64,000 nt of DNA from Tubiluchus corallicola (Eukaryota > Animalia > Priapulida): NCBI GenBank assembly GCA_030141605.1, contig JAQGDQ010000013.1, positions 820,447-884,446 of the forward strand, read 5' to 3'. The position numbers and the translations under genes are program-made. The notes beneath the pieces are model-generated. The model was not told the origin of the DNA, made no database searches, and worked only from the letters and a program-made list of their open reading frames with translations. This document shows positions 1 to 13,187 of the stretch, piece after piece; the first letter of the stretch is position 1, and each line of letters starts with the position of its first letter.

Positions 1-801
1 CTATGCAAAAGTGTATAAAAACAGTCGGCAAATGAACCAAAATTATGAATACTAAATCACTTAGACACGCTGATTAAACCACTTAAACATCCTGACATAC
101 AAGCTACACATGTATCGTTACTCGCTGCTTGATTACACTGATGTAATGATGTAAACAAATGACGGCCCACCAACTAGCGGTCAACTCGCGAAACAACGGA
201 GTGTCCGTAGTATGCAGGACTTTTCAACGGTACAGATTTTGCCTGATTCTTCCGATATCCGTAAAAGCGAGGTTCGGCAAACCAAGATATGAGTGTACAT
301 ACATTTCTGCAAATTACTAAATCTTTGTAATTATTTTACTAAGAGGCAAAGCACTGCAAAATAGTTTCAAAAAATATTTCTCATTGTCTTAGGATTATTA
401 ATTTACAATTTGCAGAGGTCCTGCAAACAGAGATAGGAGTGTTTTTGGTTCGGAGGTGATATTTTTCGGTTACACGGGGAAGTAACCCAATGCTGGCCTG
501 TACTTGCAGATGAGTCTCAGAACATTACGTAAACTAACTGCTGGCCAAATCCTATAACCTGATGGAAAACAGACTAAAAAAAATCGCTTGTTTTCAATTA
601 TTTCGATGTCATCGATAAAAAAAAGTGTGGTTACTTTCTTGCTAGGTGCAAAGTCTATAATTGGTCCGTTTCTAGTGAAAGAAACACAACAGAATAATTA
701 ATGTTATCGTAACCTTATTGATGTAATCATGATCATAATTGTGATTATCATTTTTCAAGGTAATCAGAATCACAGTGTTGTAATTGAGGCTTAATTGTAA
801 T

Positions 802-872
802 TAGGGATACTAACGATAATGATACATATTAATAATTAACGTACGCCAAATTTGTATCGTTTAACATCCCTA
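802..872. mobile_element. Minimal (71 bp) hAT-type MITE
   Basis: Ends TAGGGATACTAACGATA / TATCGTTTAACATCCCTA are imperfect inverted repeats; flanked by a perfect 8-bp duplication ATTGTAAT (794-801 and 873-880). Confidence 0.75.
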
Positions 873-1642
873 ATTGTAATATTCTGCCTGTAGTTAGCTC
901 AGGCCTGGCAGCCAGTAGCGAATTTATTACTTAATTTAAGCACAGTGGAAATTACTGTGCCACAGGTTTATTACAGTTTGAATTTGCAAACAATTCTCAC
1001 ACCATTCTATGGTTTACAACACATTTCCATGGAGTGTTTAACTGATTATTGTGTTGGTGTAATCACGTATTTATTTTGTTAAAAAAATGATTAACGAGAT
1101 TACATATCACATTTGGCAGAGAAAAAATGAAATAGTCCATTTGGGCAGAAGGACTTGCCCGTTTTAAGCCCTCTGGACAGATTGACAATTTCGAATTACT
1201 ATTTAACATTTCCGTTTCATTATTTTCATTTAACAAGTTTACATACATGTTTTAATTCCAGCTGACTCTGACCTAATTCACGTAATGCTTATGGGCATTA
1301 TAATCTTTTCGCAGGTAAAGGTAACCCACAGGTAGAAGAGCAGTTCATCACTGAGAAACAATTGTCTTTTTTCAAATTGTTATATAACTACTAATTACCC
1401 TTGAAGGTGTTTCTTGAAAGGAACCAAGCATCCACCTCATGTACTTAAAGTTTAACTTAAAAATTAATTCAATTTATTCTCTTGAAAATGGGAAGCAACC
1501 ATTGTATACCATTGTCTCATAATTGACCTGCAACTATTAGATTGGTAATTTCATGACATAATTGTTGTGTCCTTTTCTAGAACACTATTACTAGAATTAC
1601 TAATCATTAACAGAGAAGTAAATGAAATTATAAAAGGTGCAC

Positions 1643-1811
1643 CTTGAATGAGCCATTCACATTGCTGCTTTGCTGGATAATCACCTGCTCCATCAGAAAT
1701 GGTTCCTGTGTTATTTGTCAGCACGATCCGTCGTTTAGCACACGAACAGACACAGGATCTCAATTCAACTGACAGGATTATTAGTGAAAGCAGACTGTGC
1801 AGTCTGTGCAT
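1643..1811 (-). CDS. MEGF8: First coding exon of a MEGF8-like (attractin family) CUB-domain protein; the rest of the gene lies beyond the left edge
   Basis: MHRLHSLLSLIILSVELRSCVCSCAKRRIVLTNNTGTISDGAGDYPAKQQCEWLIQ: signal-peptide-like stretch followed directly by a CUB N-terminus (C..R.VL...G.ISDG.G.Y.....CEWLI). This layout fits MEGF8; attractin has an EGF before its CUB. Acceptor ttttacag at 1853-1860, phase-1 donor CAAG|gtgcac at 1642. Only one exon is visible, so the symbol is tentative. Confidence 0.65.
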
Positions 1812-4699
1812 GCTGGGACTAAATTAACATGGCTTGTTCGAGTTAGCTATTGCTGTAAAAATAGAATTAAAAAATACAGTCATTGTATGCAAACACAGTA
1901 TATAAAATAGTATAATCCAAATCCACAAACCAGCACTAAAGGGTTCGAGTTTAATTAGCACATTGTCTGCCTGAAAATTGTTGAGGTCTTAGGTTCCTGC
2001 TTGTAAGAGACTGAGAGGCTCGGAAGATGCTCACTAACGTAAGAAACTATTATCTCACTTAGACTCCTAATTACTTCAGCTGTTTGAAATCATTGAAAAA
2101 CCTAAAATGAACATCAGGAGCTGCTCTTTCAAGGAAAAAACTAAAAGTAACTCAATTAGCAAAATCATAAATGTAAGAATTCATAGGCGAGTTTATGTTG
2201 AAATTTTCCACTGTCAAACAACACTTCACTAATCACTAATGCGGTCTGTAATTCTAATCTATAGTTTGAAGAAATCGCTTAATAATTGGATTTCTAAGGA
2301 AGAAATAAACAAGCCGTGGCTGCATATTTGTGAATATTTGATATATAAATCAGCAGAGTTCAGGCAGAAGGCAGTACTAACCCACCTTAGCCTTAGGTTA
2401 GTACTCAAAGTTTGCCATCCTTTGCACCTTTCTTTAGGCTATTTCCCTATCAAGGTTATTTTCTTTTGATTTTAATTTGTTCATGTTGCTCCAACTTGCT
2501 TTCATTTCAGAATTAAGGATGTAAATTACTCGGAGATTCCTGGGATCAGGCAGCCGACACTCTACAGTACTATCAATACCTCGCAGACTACTAAACAACA
2601 AAATTTTCATTTGTCAAAAGCTCACTTTGAAGGTTCTTCTGACTTCTTCATCTCCGTGTGTCTAACTGCGCAATAAACTGAGTTCAGGAGCCAGCAAGTC
2701 CATCAGTTTTGAAGTTCTCTTCCAAAGATCCACAAGACAACAAAAACAAACCAGCCATATAATTTTATCAGGTGTTCCTTTTAACTTCACTTTCCAAGAA
2801 AGACGCACCGTCAGAACAACAGCACGCAGCTCTTTCTGTCAGACAATACATCTGGCTGAGGCTGGCTCCTCGCTGCACAATTATAGAGTTTTCCTAATGT
2901 AATGTAATTGATAACATCACACGACATAATACATAAAAATAAAGTATTTTTAATATTGGAAATTTTGGCGTTTTGAAACCGCAAATTTTTGGGTTTTTGT
3001 TTTAAATGCAATGTATACATAATCATGATTATGGATACTACTGCAGGATGTAACCGCTTGCTAATGAGACTGTGGAAAACAAAGTGAGTAATAATACGCA
3101 ACAACTTATTATATCTGCGTTTTGCTGAATCAGTAGATAATCCAACATGTCTTAAATATTGAAACTAAAAACCTTATGTGTCTCCCGCACAGTAAACAAT
3201 GTGGTAAAGTACGATAGGAAAACATCAGACTGAATGGTCTCCTGGAAATTCAGGATTTAGCGCATAGTCCTCAGCCCCAGTGAGCACATCAGGGCTATCC
3301 TGAAAGAGAGAGTGGATGAAAGTTGATCCAACAACATATGTGATGGAACTAGAATTTAAAAAAAACCTTTGAAAGATCTGCTAGATGTGTATAATGATTA
3401 GTCTTTAGCCACGTGATTGCTTTCAGCCTCCAATTCCATCACTTTAAAATTGCAACTTTGTGAGATGCAGATATTTCTACATTAAATAATGTGTGTATGT
3501 CAGATGCTGTTATGATTGCAGGCAAGGTTCCTGTACTGCTAGCTGAAAGCTTATGTTGCACCAATTTTTTTATGACACCGAACTAAAACAATTGTCAAAA
3601 GCATAATTTCTGTAGTCCTTGGTATACATATACGTTGTATTACATGATCAATAATAGAAAAAGCAAACCCCAAAGTTGTAGTAATTTGTAGCTAACTACC
3701 TGTGTATATCATGTGCAAGAAGGTACTACAACAGTTCAATTATTGTGAGCATTATTGGTCTGTTTCATTCAAAGAACTGATCAAAAAATATAAACCTAAA
3801 ATTGTTGACTATAAATGAAAGTAAGTGTGGAAAATATAATAATCGATGACGGAAACAACAACAACAATGATGATGAGATAATGGTGATGATGTAATAGTC
3901 ACAATGAAATGATGACAATCACTCAAGCCAATGTTGCTATGTTACAAACAAATACACATTTAACAGATATTTGCAAGTACAAAAGCATGGTTAATAATTT
4001 CACAAAACTTTGATTTTTATCAGTTATCATATTTTTTCAGATCCCTAGCATAGTCTCGTTTCAATATTTTTTGTGCTCCGAACCAGTTTTGCAGCTTTTA
4101 TCATGCGGAATGAGCTTAATTTTTTAATTTCTGTCACGTTCTTTAGGTTACCAAACTTTTTTGTTTCTAGAAATGTGGCAAGTCAGCATTGTTCATGTGG
4201 AATGATGAACTGGAATGCAGATCATTAGATGACTAGAATCATGACTGTTGCATTGTTTCCCCTCCAACATAGCTCTTCGCTGCTGACGAAGTGGAAATAG
4301 GATGCCGAGTGTGGCATGCAAGCAGCTTCGAAGGTAGAAGTTCATTTGTGTGAGGTCGTCCGTGACGAGGTGCACGTTTCAGTGCAGTAAAGCACAACGT
4401 ACATTATGCAACAGTTATTGACCAGCAGACAGAGTTAGATCGCCAGACAGGTACATTTGCCAGACCAGACCTTCGCCCAGGTGACTGAAGGCATGCGTCG
4501 CTTTGGTTGAATACATTTCTTAATCTCGGACATAGACACAGAAATGTATCGAGCAAAGGTCCTGAGACAAAGTCCACCCGGCTAGACAAGTCCGTTCCAC
4601 TGCTCCGTCATCTGAAAACTAGTTCCATCTCGTGGGTAGGCTACGAGTCAAAAATCTAGCAGACGGCGTCGCTTGCAAATCTCATTAACCTCGACAATG

Positions 4700-4740
4700 A
4701 CAGAGCTGACAAAATGGCGAAGCAGCCATTTCGCATGGGT
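4700..4740 (-). promoter_or_regulatory. Putative promoter/TSS region of the MEGF8-like transcript (opposed YY1-like motifs)
   Basis: AAAATGGCG on plus and AAATGGCTG on minus form a short palindrome just before a candidate minus-strand donor GAG|gttaat at 4689. Confidence 0.35.
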
Positions 4741-4997
4741 GCAATGGAAACATCAGACCCATAATGTAAATTTTTGTCAAATTTGGTAAATTGGTAGCAT
4801 ATCTCCACAGAAAGTAGCATATCTTCCTAGCTCAGGATCACGCAAAAAAGGTCGGCGGATTTAATGAAAAAAAGTATCTATATATTTACTGCAGTAAACA
4901 TACAGGGACTCAAAGTGGAATGCAGTCTTACGCCGTGCAATGACCAAAACGGAAATTTCTGCAATTGATCAAAACGAGCTTCGAAATAAAAAGAAAT

Positions 4998-5145
4998 GAG
5001 TTCATAATTCCCCATACAGTTTAAATACCCTAATCCTAATTAACCTTAATCAACCCTAACCTTAACCCAACTCTAACCCCAACCCTAACGCTAACCCTAA
5101 CCCTAATCCGCTTCATTCATACATGAACTGATATCTTGTGTGTGT
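4998..5145. mobile_element. Degenerate copy of a non-autonomous element with a (CCCTAA)n-like core
   Basis: Degenerate CCCTAA tract at about 5028-5108; flanks GAGTTCATAATTCCCCATACAGTTTAAATACCCT and TCTTGTGTGT match the flanks of the element at 31450-31978. Confidence 0.65.
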
Positions 5146-5849
5146 GACTTCAGCCTAAAAACGCGTCTCAGTGAAACAATTATTTTGATTATAGGAGAGT
5201 TTGACAATTTGTCTAAGACAGTAAGGCGTCTACAGTTTTGCTCCAAAAAGCTGCTTAACAATGTTGCCGAGGACACTTTATATTTTTTGTTTTAAATATA
5301 TAGAAAAATTAGTATTGACAACACTCGTCTACAGAAGTTCTTATTAATTTGGCTGACAAGCCATATAGAGAAAAGGAAAGATGTCCAAGTGCAACGCGAC
5401 CAGAGCTACCTTTGACGTGGTTTACCTTCCTCATTAGCTGAGCCGCGTTGTAAGGTTATATTATTGTTTGCAAAGGTGTGTTCCAGGTGTATTTATAGAA
5501 ACATTGAGTTGATTTCATAACTTGAGTCAGTTGTGCTATAGCTAGTGCGCTACATGAAACTAAACAATGTTTGCCTTGTTCGTTTTAAAATAAAGAGCAT
5601 TTTTTGGGGAGATAGTCAAGATTACCAGTCGAGTCGAAGTAGTGACAATGGCACAAAAAATATAGTAACTTGATGATGCACGACAGAACAAAAAATAATT
5701 TCTCATTCTGATGAAAAGTCATTCATTTACATATAATCAATGAATAGCGATTTGCACATTTTGCAAGTAATACTAAAACATTTGTTCTTAAACACAAAAT
5801 CACTAAAACGTTTAGTACAATTCAACGGCTAGAATTTTCTTTTTCATCT

Positions 5850-6231
5850 TTACCCAGGTCTCCGGGTGCGGCTTCTTCGTGATCTAGATCTCGTACGGCT
5901 ACGTCTCCCGGATGTTGAACGGCTACGGCTCCTGCTGGAACGTCGCCTACTTCTGCTTTGACGTCTCCTACTTCTTTCTCTGTATCTTCGTCTTTTGGCT
6001 CTTTCAAGAGCTTCTCTTCTTAACCTTCTCCTTCGCCTTTGATTGGCACGAACAACTCGCCAATAGTTCTTCCAACCTAAATATTATCAATGTAGAAAAA
6101 TCAATGATATCTTAATTTGATGGCTATAAATTATAACTAAAGGTTTGCCGAATTCTTTAATCCAAACCTAAAATTCGTCACTATGAAATAACAAGAGGCA
6201 CGGAATAAGTGATAAAAAACTTACAAGGCAT
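5850..6231 (-). CDS. Protamine-like / sperm nuclear basic protein candidate (77 aa, Arg/Ser-rich), two coding exons
   Basis: Exon 6231-6225 (ATG CCT T|gtaagt), 148-nt intron, exon 6076-5850 (tttag|GT TGG ... GGG TAA). Product MPCWKNYWRVVRANQRRRRRLRREALERAKRRRYRERSRRRQSRSRRRSSRSRSRSTSGRRSRTRSRSRRSRTRRPG; 35 of 77 residues are Arg, 13 are Ser; no RRM or histone fold. Confidence 0.75.
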
Positions 6232-6287
6232 TGGCTTAATTAAAGTGCTTAGTTCTCCAAGAGACCTAAAGAGGCGAAGAAGTAAAC

Positions 6288-6455
6288 TATTATAAGATAG
6301 AGAAGGTCAGCGGTCAGAATGTCCTTGGCAGCTCTCGACAGAAAACTTTTCAAGTTTACACATGGTAGAAAATTGGCAGGAAAATTTAAGCGAAATAATG
6401 TCAACACGTGAATAATATGACGTCAGTAGAATGACGACAGCAAGCTGTGATGTCA
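6288..6455 (-). promoter_or_regulatory. Putative promoter of the protamine-like gene: TATA-like element, E-box and CRE cluster
   Basis: TATAATA (minus, 6288-6294), CACGTG 6405-6410, perfect CRE TGACGTCA 6418-6425, half-CRE TGACG 6432-6436, near-CRE TGATGTCA 6448-6455. Confidence 0.5.
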
Positions 6456-7491
6456 TCAATCGTGTTTTTTCGTTGTACGTCTGTAGTTAGCAATTGAAAA
6501 GTGATAAGAAATTTCAATGCAAAATATTACATGAACAGTTCACCTGCCCCCTCCCACCCGATCAACTCACAGGTTTTAGTTTAGTTTAGTTTAATTTTTT
6601 ATTATGGCCAACAAGACTAATAAAGATACATTCACAAAAAAATCATAATAGTAACAGTCTACATGCATAATCGACAGTGTTTGCGTTATTGAAAGAACTG
6701 GCTAAGGGTCCCTGCTGGCTTTATTGATACTTATAGAAAGAATGTCTGAAAGTCAATGCTGACCACAAACTAACACCATGGATACGTTTCGTATTTGAGT
6801 GCAAAGCTACTTTTTAGCTTAGATCTAGCGGAATAAAATCTAGAAAGTATTAAGAAACAAGGATATATATATAACTGGGGAATTTGGCTGAGTATTCCAA
6901 CTAGTGTTCAATATCGGCAATTCGGCGAATGAAGAGCCCACAGCCGAGCAGAGATTGAGAATATATTTCCATACAATCATTTCTCCAAATTGAATTAAAT
7001 TTCTATAATTCAGTTATGTAATATTTTATAAGCGAAACAATTTCACGACTCTTTTAACCACAATTTACTTTAAATCATTTTCTGTTTCGCAAAGATGCAC
7101 TGATTACGTATATCAGGCCGAGAACCCCAATCCATCTTTTTTCGATTACAGAGTTAAGAGACGTAATAGGCTTGTTAATGTCAGACATTCCCAGAAATAA
7201 AGTTCAACAACTTCAATGCTCAACACCATAAATTATTACTAACCACTGCCTTATCTAATTCCCTCCCTGATGACTCATCTTTGGGAAAAATTCCAGGGAA
7301 GCAGGGTTGATGAAACAATAACAGCTTCTGCGCCGGTTTTCACGTCTGTGTAATAACCGTAAGCCATAAATATACTTATTATAAATATCTAATTTTAGGG
7401 TGTCGTTGAAGTGCTCGTTTAAGTCATTTTAATGCTCTACTAATCAGTATACCGATTAGAAAACCACTTAGCTCTTAATTGCGTAGTATCT

Positions 7492-7990
<499 letters not shown>

Positions 7991-8326
7991 ATTATACATT
8001 ATATAAGCTGCTGCAAAATTAAGCATGACATATGAATATATTTCATATTTCGTATTTAATACAAAAAAACGGGACATACGTACAATTTCAATTTTGAAAT
8101 ACAGTGACACTGTATTTTTCTTTGTTTCTTGGCCTCGCACTCTGTCTGACCGAGCTCTTTGGTTAGTTGATTGGTTGGTTAGTTGCTGGTACTGGAAGAG
8201 TTATTTGCTTGGTCAATTCGTGGGCTGGCATACCGTTAGCTGATTTGTTTGCTTCTTAATTTTTTGGAAAGTTAGTGCTTAGTTTATGATAAAGTAGTTT
8301 GTTCCCTGGTCGCCATCTTCTGAAGC

Positions 8327-8476
8327 TTCACAAAGTCGTCACTAACTTAAGTGGTTGTAATAACGATGTCGTTACTAAGAGTTAAGTGGATGTAACAACG
8401 ACGTCGTTACTAAGAGTTAAGTGGATGTAATAACGACGTCGTTACCTTAGCGACGACTTTGTGAAACCGGGGCCTG
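8327..8476. mobile_element. Palindromic MITE with internal 35-bp repeats
   Basis: TTCACAAAGTCGTCACTAA ... TTAGCGACGACTTTGTGAA inverted repeat; GTCGTTAC recurs at 8368, 8403 and 8438. Confidence 0.7.
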
Positions 8477-9169
8477 CATTCCTGCGCCCATATTTTTTTA
8501 TATATTGTTTAACATGTATAATTTTACCAGTTCTTCATAACAACAAACGTTGACTTGTAGTTAAACATAAAGACTTTAGACACGTATAGTTAAAAAGATC
8601 TTTAGTATTTCTCATATGATAGACAGTCTGTTCATAGATTAAATTGGCTATTTAATGGCTTTCGCTTACATCATTAATTACGAAGGCGCAATGCATAAAC
8701 GGCCAATGTGTAGGCCTAGGTTTCGAACCCGAGACTGTATAACCGAGGCTGTCTGCAGTCTGCGTTAAACCCTGGGGTATTATTATTTTTCGTTATTAAT
8801 AGCAAAATTGCGACAGGATAAGCTAATAAAACATTATTCGACTTGGTGTAATTTACCGAACGAGTGAGTTTCAAGGCAGGCCTGCATGGGTACCTGGCTT
8901 TGGACGCTACTACAAACAATTTTACGCTTTGTAATTTAGCGGGTGACAAGATAATCTAGATTCATATGGTCAATGTCCACGGATGACCAGTGCCCAGACA
9001 TTTACATCATTAAGCTAACGGGCAATTTTAGCGGAAAACAAAGCCATAACCGTTTATTAATGAGAGTTAGACGAAGAGACAACTTCGGCTAAGTGATGCC
9101 TTCGTGTGGTTTCCGGTGATGGGTGGTGGATAAATTGCAGCAAACAGGTCGTGACTGCATTGTTCCCAG

Positions 9170-9301
9170 TATAAAACTACTGGAATGTTTTGTCATTACC
9201 ACATTTAGAGATATCGAGAGTGAAATTAGGCCAGAGTGAAAGTTGTGACCAGACGAGGCAGCAACCAGCGTAAAGTGCTTAGCAGATAAACGAAAACTAA
9301 C
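9170..9301 (+). promoter_or_regulatory. TATA box and probable non-coding first exon of the ZP-domain gene
   Basis: TATAAAA 9170-9176, Inr-like TCATT at 9193-9197, ATG-free stretch of about 100 nt ending in donor AAC|gtatgt at 9302; the next clear plus-strand acceptor with a start codon is at 14774. Confidence 0.55.
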
Positions 9302-12300
9302 GTATGTACTTTTCGAATAACATTTGTAGTAATAAATGCTTTAAAATAATTTTTCTTCGAAAATTTCTAACATTGTGTCAAAAAGTTATGCTTAATTATA
9401 TGTATTACAGGCAAATTTTTTTTATCTAATTAGTAATTATCTGTAATTGAATTTCCTGGTGATTGTTTTGACTTTACTAAATTTTTTTGCAAATAAATTC
9501 TGAAAAAGAAATAAAGTTTCTTGAAAAATTTTAATATTAAAGTTTGAAATTGAAGTTTAAGAAAACATGCCTAATTAGATGGATTATAGGGAGAAATTTT
9601 ATAACTAATTAGTAATTAGCATGCAATTGAATTTTTTGCAATTGTTCTCAATTTAATACATTAAAAAAGTGTTCAGGTTTGTTTAATTAAGTATAAAACG
9701 ATTTTACACTTTTTGCACAATTTTAAGTATTTAATTGTAATTAGTATATATAATGCTGGTTTTGCGCGGACATACCAAACAGCAAACAATTAAAACTACT
9801 TTATAAAAAACAATCTTTTCTAAAAAATTGACTAAATTATTTGACTTTTTTGGCGTAAACAACTAGATTTAATTACAAGCTGATATAAACACCACGAATA
9901 ATTTTAGCAGGCTTAGTAAAAAGTCCTGCTTTAAACAACCAGGGCGGGTGTTTGTTATTAATAGAGTTGATTTTTAATTTTTATATTATTGGAGGTACGT
10001 GAACAAATTGTTAGAAGATACTTGCTAGCATTAAAACACATCAGATTGCATATATTCCAGTGGATATCACTATAGGCATAGTTTCTATATCTGAGCACTG
10101 ATAATTAGACCTAAACCTACCCGGATAAGTTAGACTTTTTAATAAATGAATTCCTATGCATGGATGCTTACGTGCTTAATTACAGGGGAATTATAATGCT
10201 GTTCTTCTGTTAACGTCCAAGGATCTTATTTAGTTAAAATAACGAACGTTTTAATTACTCCCGTCCAGCGATGCTGGCAATATTCGCAACTTTACATAAA
10301 GAAATAACTTTTTTCGAAAGTGGTGTTGACAATCCACTGGCATAGCTGGATTACTGCTGTGTTTAGTGTCTTCGGGGCAGGGTTCTTTTATTTTAGAATT
10401 CTGCCTGCCCGGTGTTTACTATAGACATAACAGGCGTATGATGTGTGATGATAAAGGAGACACACTCTTAATGTCTTCTTTTTATACGACACGCTCCATG
10501 CAGCCATTAGCCATTCACGTTAAGAGACTAAAACAGCGTGCTTGTGCAAGGTAGCAGCTTTATGTCTGAACTAAGGCAAACCCTCTTCATGAGTTCCTCG
10601 TAATTCACTGCACAATAATTCATTGGCTTCATTTACTGTCTTTTTCAAAACTGAAGTTTGATTGTGATTCGTTTTGGAGCTCTCGTTGGTTGAGTTAACG
10701 CATACGCCAGGCAATCACATTTGTTTTTGTTTCGCGAATCAAGCAGTGCCTGTTTTGTAAAACAATGTTTCTGTTTTCTGCATTTTAGGAAGCTTATTTC
10801 TCTACTCCTTGTTTTTCTGTGTTTTCCTGTCCGCGTGCGTTAGGCTTAGACATTGTTTATTGTTCGGAGTTAAGTACATCTACAAAGCCCTTTTGCACAA
10901 TATTAGTTACGCTTTTTGATTAGTAATTAAGTGTGTGATAACTTAGGTTGACACATTTTTTATTTTGAGAAAAGGTAAAGTGAATTTTATCACTTCAACT
11001 GTTATCCTATCTTAATCCTCTTGTAGTTCTTTTAATTCACTTCGAATCTAACTGGCATTACCATAAATAATTTTATGTTTAGTTTATTGACGAACAATTC
11101 GATACAATATATAATGCAATGTACATAAAAAATACAGTTTTTATCCCATATCACGTATGTGATTAAACATTAATAATTACTGGCACGTCTAAGACTGTCA
11201 AAACAGTAGAACACACGTGAAATAAAAATTGTTAAATTTTAACTATTGCTGTCTGCTACAAATTTTTACTCTTCCTAAAAATAATTACGTCAAATCATTA
11301 ATCTTTTAACTTATCATAATTCCAGTCTGTAGCTCTTTGATAAATTACAGAAATAACAATTATTTACTATTAATCACGGTGATCAATCTGCTTCATGGTT
11401 TTGCCAATAACAGAAGCACTTTCCGCAGCATTTCATCGTTGCAGTAATCAAAACCAGGTGCAACGATTACAATACACAACACTGACGGTGGCGGTGGCGA
11501 CAATTTGAAGGCCGATTATGTACGTTGTTTTCGATACTGTAAAGTGATAATAATCGCTAAAAAACTCACCAGATCAAGTATTTACTGTCGTCAATATTCG
11601 TTGCTAAAAACGCTTAATTATGAAAAAGCAGTTTAATTTTCATTGTTAAACGTCAAAGATGAAGTTTCAGTTTTACACAAAAACAGAAAGAAATGCTCTA
11701 ACTAAGATTTTCTGATACTTTTAAATATTCCTTGATGGTTTATATAAGAGGAATCGTTAGCCCGATTTCAATAGGAAGGAAGCCAAGAAATTTAACAAAA
11801 TTTGTGTGAAATTTTAAGTTACGCTTAGTTTTTTAAAGTTAAAGAAAACTTGTTTTACGTTAAACTTAACTTTTAGACTTTGTCTACGTTTTTATGCAGT
11901 TGAATGTTATTACTTATCAGCAAAAGTCAACTAATCCTGCTAACTTGGCTTAGAATATGTTTAATGTATTGCTTTTGCACGATTTTTAAGTCACGTTTAT
12001 TTGTTTGTTTGTTTGCTTGTTCTTTTCATTTATTTTATCTGTTCTAAATGTTTACATTGCTTTGTTTTTCCCACCTTTCATTTATAGTTCCTTTGTTAAA
12101 ATTTCTCAGTTGTCTTTTTCACCTGTTTCACTGTTTATTGCTCATTCGTCGGAAGAAATTTGGTAAATTTCCAATCCAAATATGGATTAGAGTATAAACG
12201 TGCCTGTATGTCACATAGATAGAAACTAATAACAGATTTTTAGATACTGAACTGTGATCAGCCAGAATGAAAAAAATGAGATAATCAAAATTTAAAAATC

Positions 12301-12409
12301 TATCATTGCGCAACGATTAACTAAAATAATTATTTTAAATGAACTGAATTTATTTTACATGAATACAGTGTTTTTAGCAAAACACCTTCACCTAATGTAA
12401 CCACGCAAA

Positions 12410-12560
12410 TGTCATACCTTGAACCTACAGCCCACCCATTGCCGAAATGTTTTCTCAAACAGTATAATTAAGATCTGGAATCAACTCCCCCAGTCTGTCA
12501 GCGGTGCCTCTTTGGTCTGTGCGCAGAGTAGCAAATTTTAAAACGGTAAAATATCTAAGT
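12410..12560 (+). mobile_element. CR1-like LINE 3' fragment
   Basis: Translates RNVFSNSIIKIWNQLP, typical of the CR1 ORF2 C-terminus. Confidence 0.5.
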
Positions 12561-12983
12561 TTTAATAATCATTTATCTTTTAATATTTGTAAGCAGCCTT
12601 GGATCTTTGTGCTTTTATCTGTAACATTTTAACTAGACCTATTTTCTGTAAAATGTTACGTTTTATCATTCTTTCTTGTAAATATTATTATAATAGACAT
12701 GTCGTTCCGTCAACAAGCAAAAAATGATTATTTTTTTAGACATTTTGCCTGCCGTTTCTAGAGAAACATCATTGGCTTTATGTCCAAGGGGCACTTTGCT
12801 GAGCTTCTTCAAGGGAAATTCATGCCCTCTTAGAAAGAGGACAGACCGGGCTACACAGTGACGGCACCTCTTTTACAAATGCCTCTATTAGGATGAATGG
12901 TGTTACCAGGCTACTAGTTAGGGGAACATTTTTCTGGACGACACTGAGTATCCTATAATGCAGCTCAAGACCACCTCTAAGCT

Positions 12984-13187
12984 CTCTCACTTGTACTAGT
13001 AAAATTCAGTCTCTACGGTCTCACTTGTACTAGTAAAACTCAGCCTCTACACTCTCACTTGTACTAGTAAAACTCAGCCTCTACACTCTCACTTGTACTA
13101 GTAAAACTCAGCCTCTACACTCTCACTTGTACTAGTAAAACTCAGCCTCTACCCTCTCACTTGTACTAGTAAAATTCAGCCTGTACA
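12984..13187. repeat. Minisatellite, 34-bp unit x6
   Basis: CTCTCACTTGTACTAGTAAAACTCAGCCTCTACA repeated head-to-tail with no spacers. Confidence 0.95.

Noticed and set aside
488-557. Candidate next MEGF8 exon (ccatcag|GT TAT AGG...)
   Set aside because: Phase fits but the translation GYRIWPAVSLRNVLRLICKYRPAL does not continue a CUB domain.
1255-1355. Intronic C/D snoRNA (GTGATGA on minus)
   Set aside because: No properly placed CTGA box D or terminal stem.
4150-4690. 7SK (GATCGCCAG) or RNase P (GAAGGTCTG) RNA
   Set aside because: The partner GATC stem and the CR-V motif were not found; only short chance matches.
5850-6076. Terminal RS exon of an SR splicing factor
   Set aside because: An in-phase ATG mini-exon with a consensus donor lies 148 nt upstream and no RRM exons are visible; not fully excluded without transcripts.
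5822-6115. ORF-track proteins of 61 aa (-) and 67 aa (+)
   Set aside because: Alternative-frame and antisense shadows of the Arg-rich exon, with non-ATG starts.
12984-13187. CRISPR-like array (also considered for the 31-bp arrays)
   Set aside because: Units abut with no unique spacers, there are no cas genes, and the context is eukaryotic.
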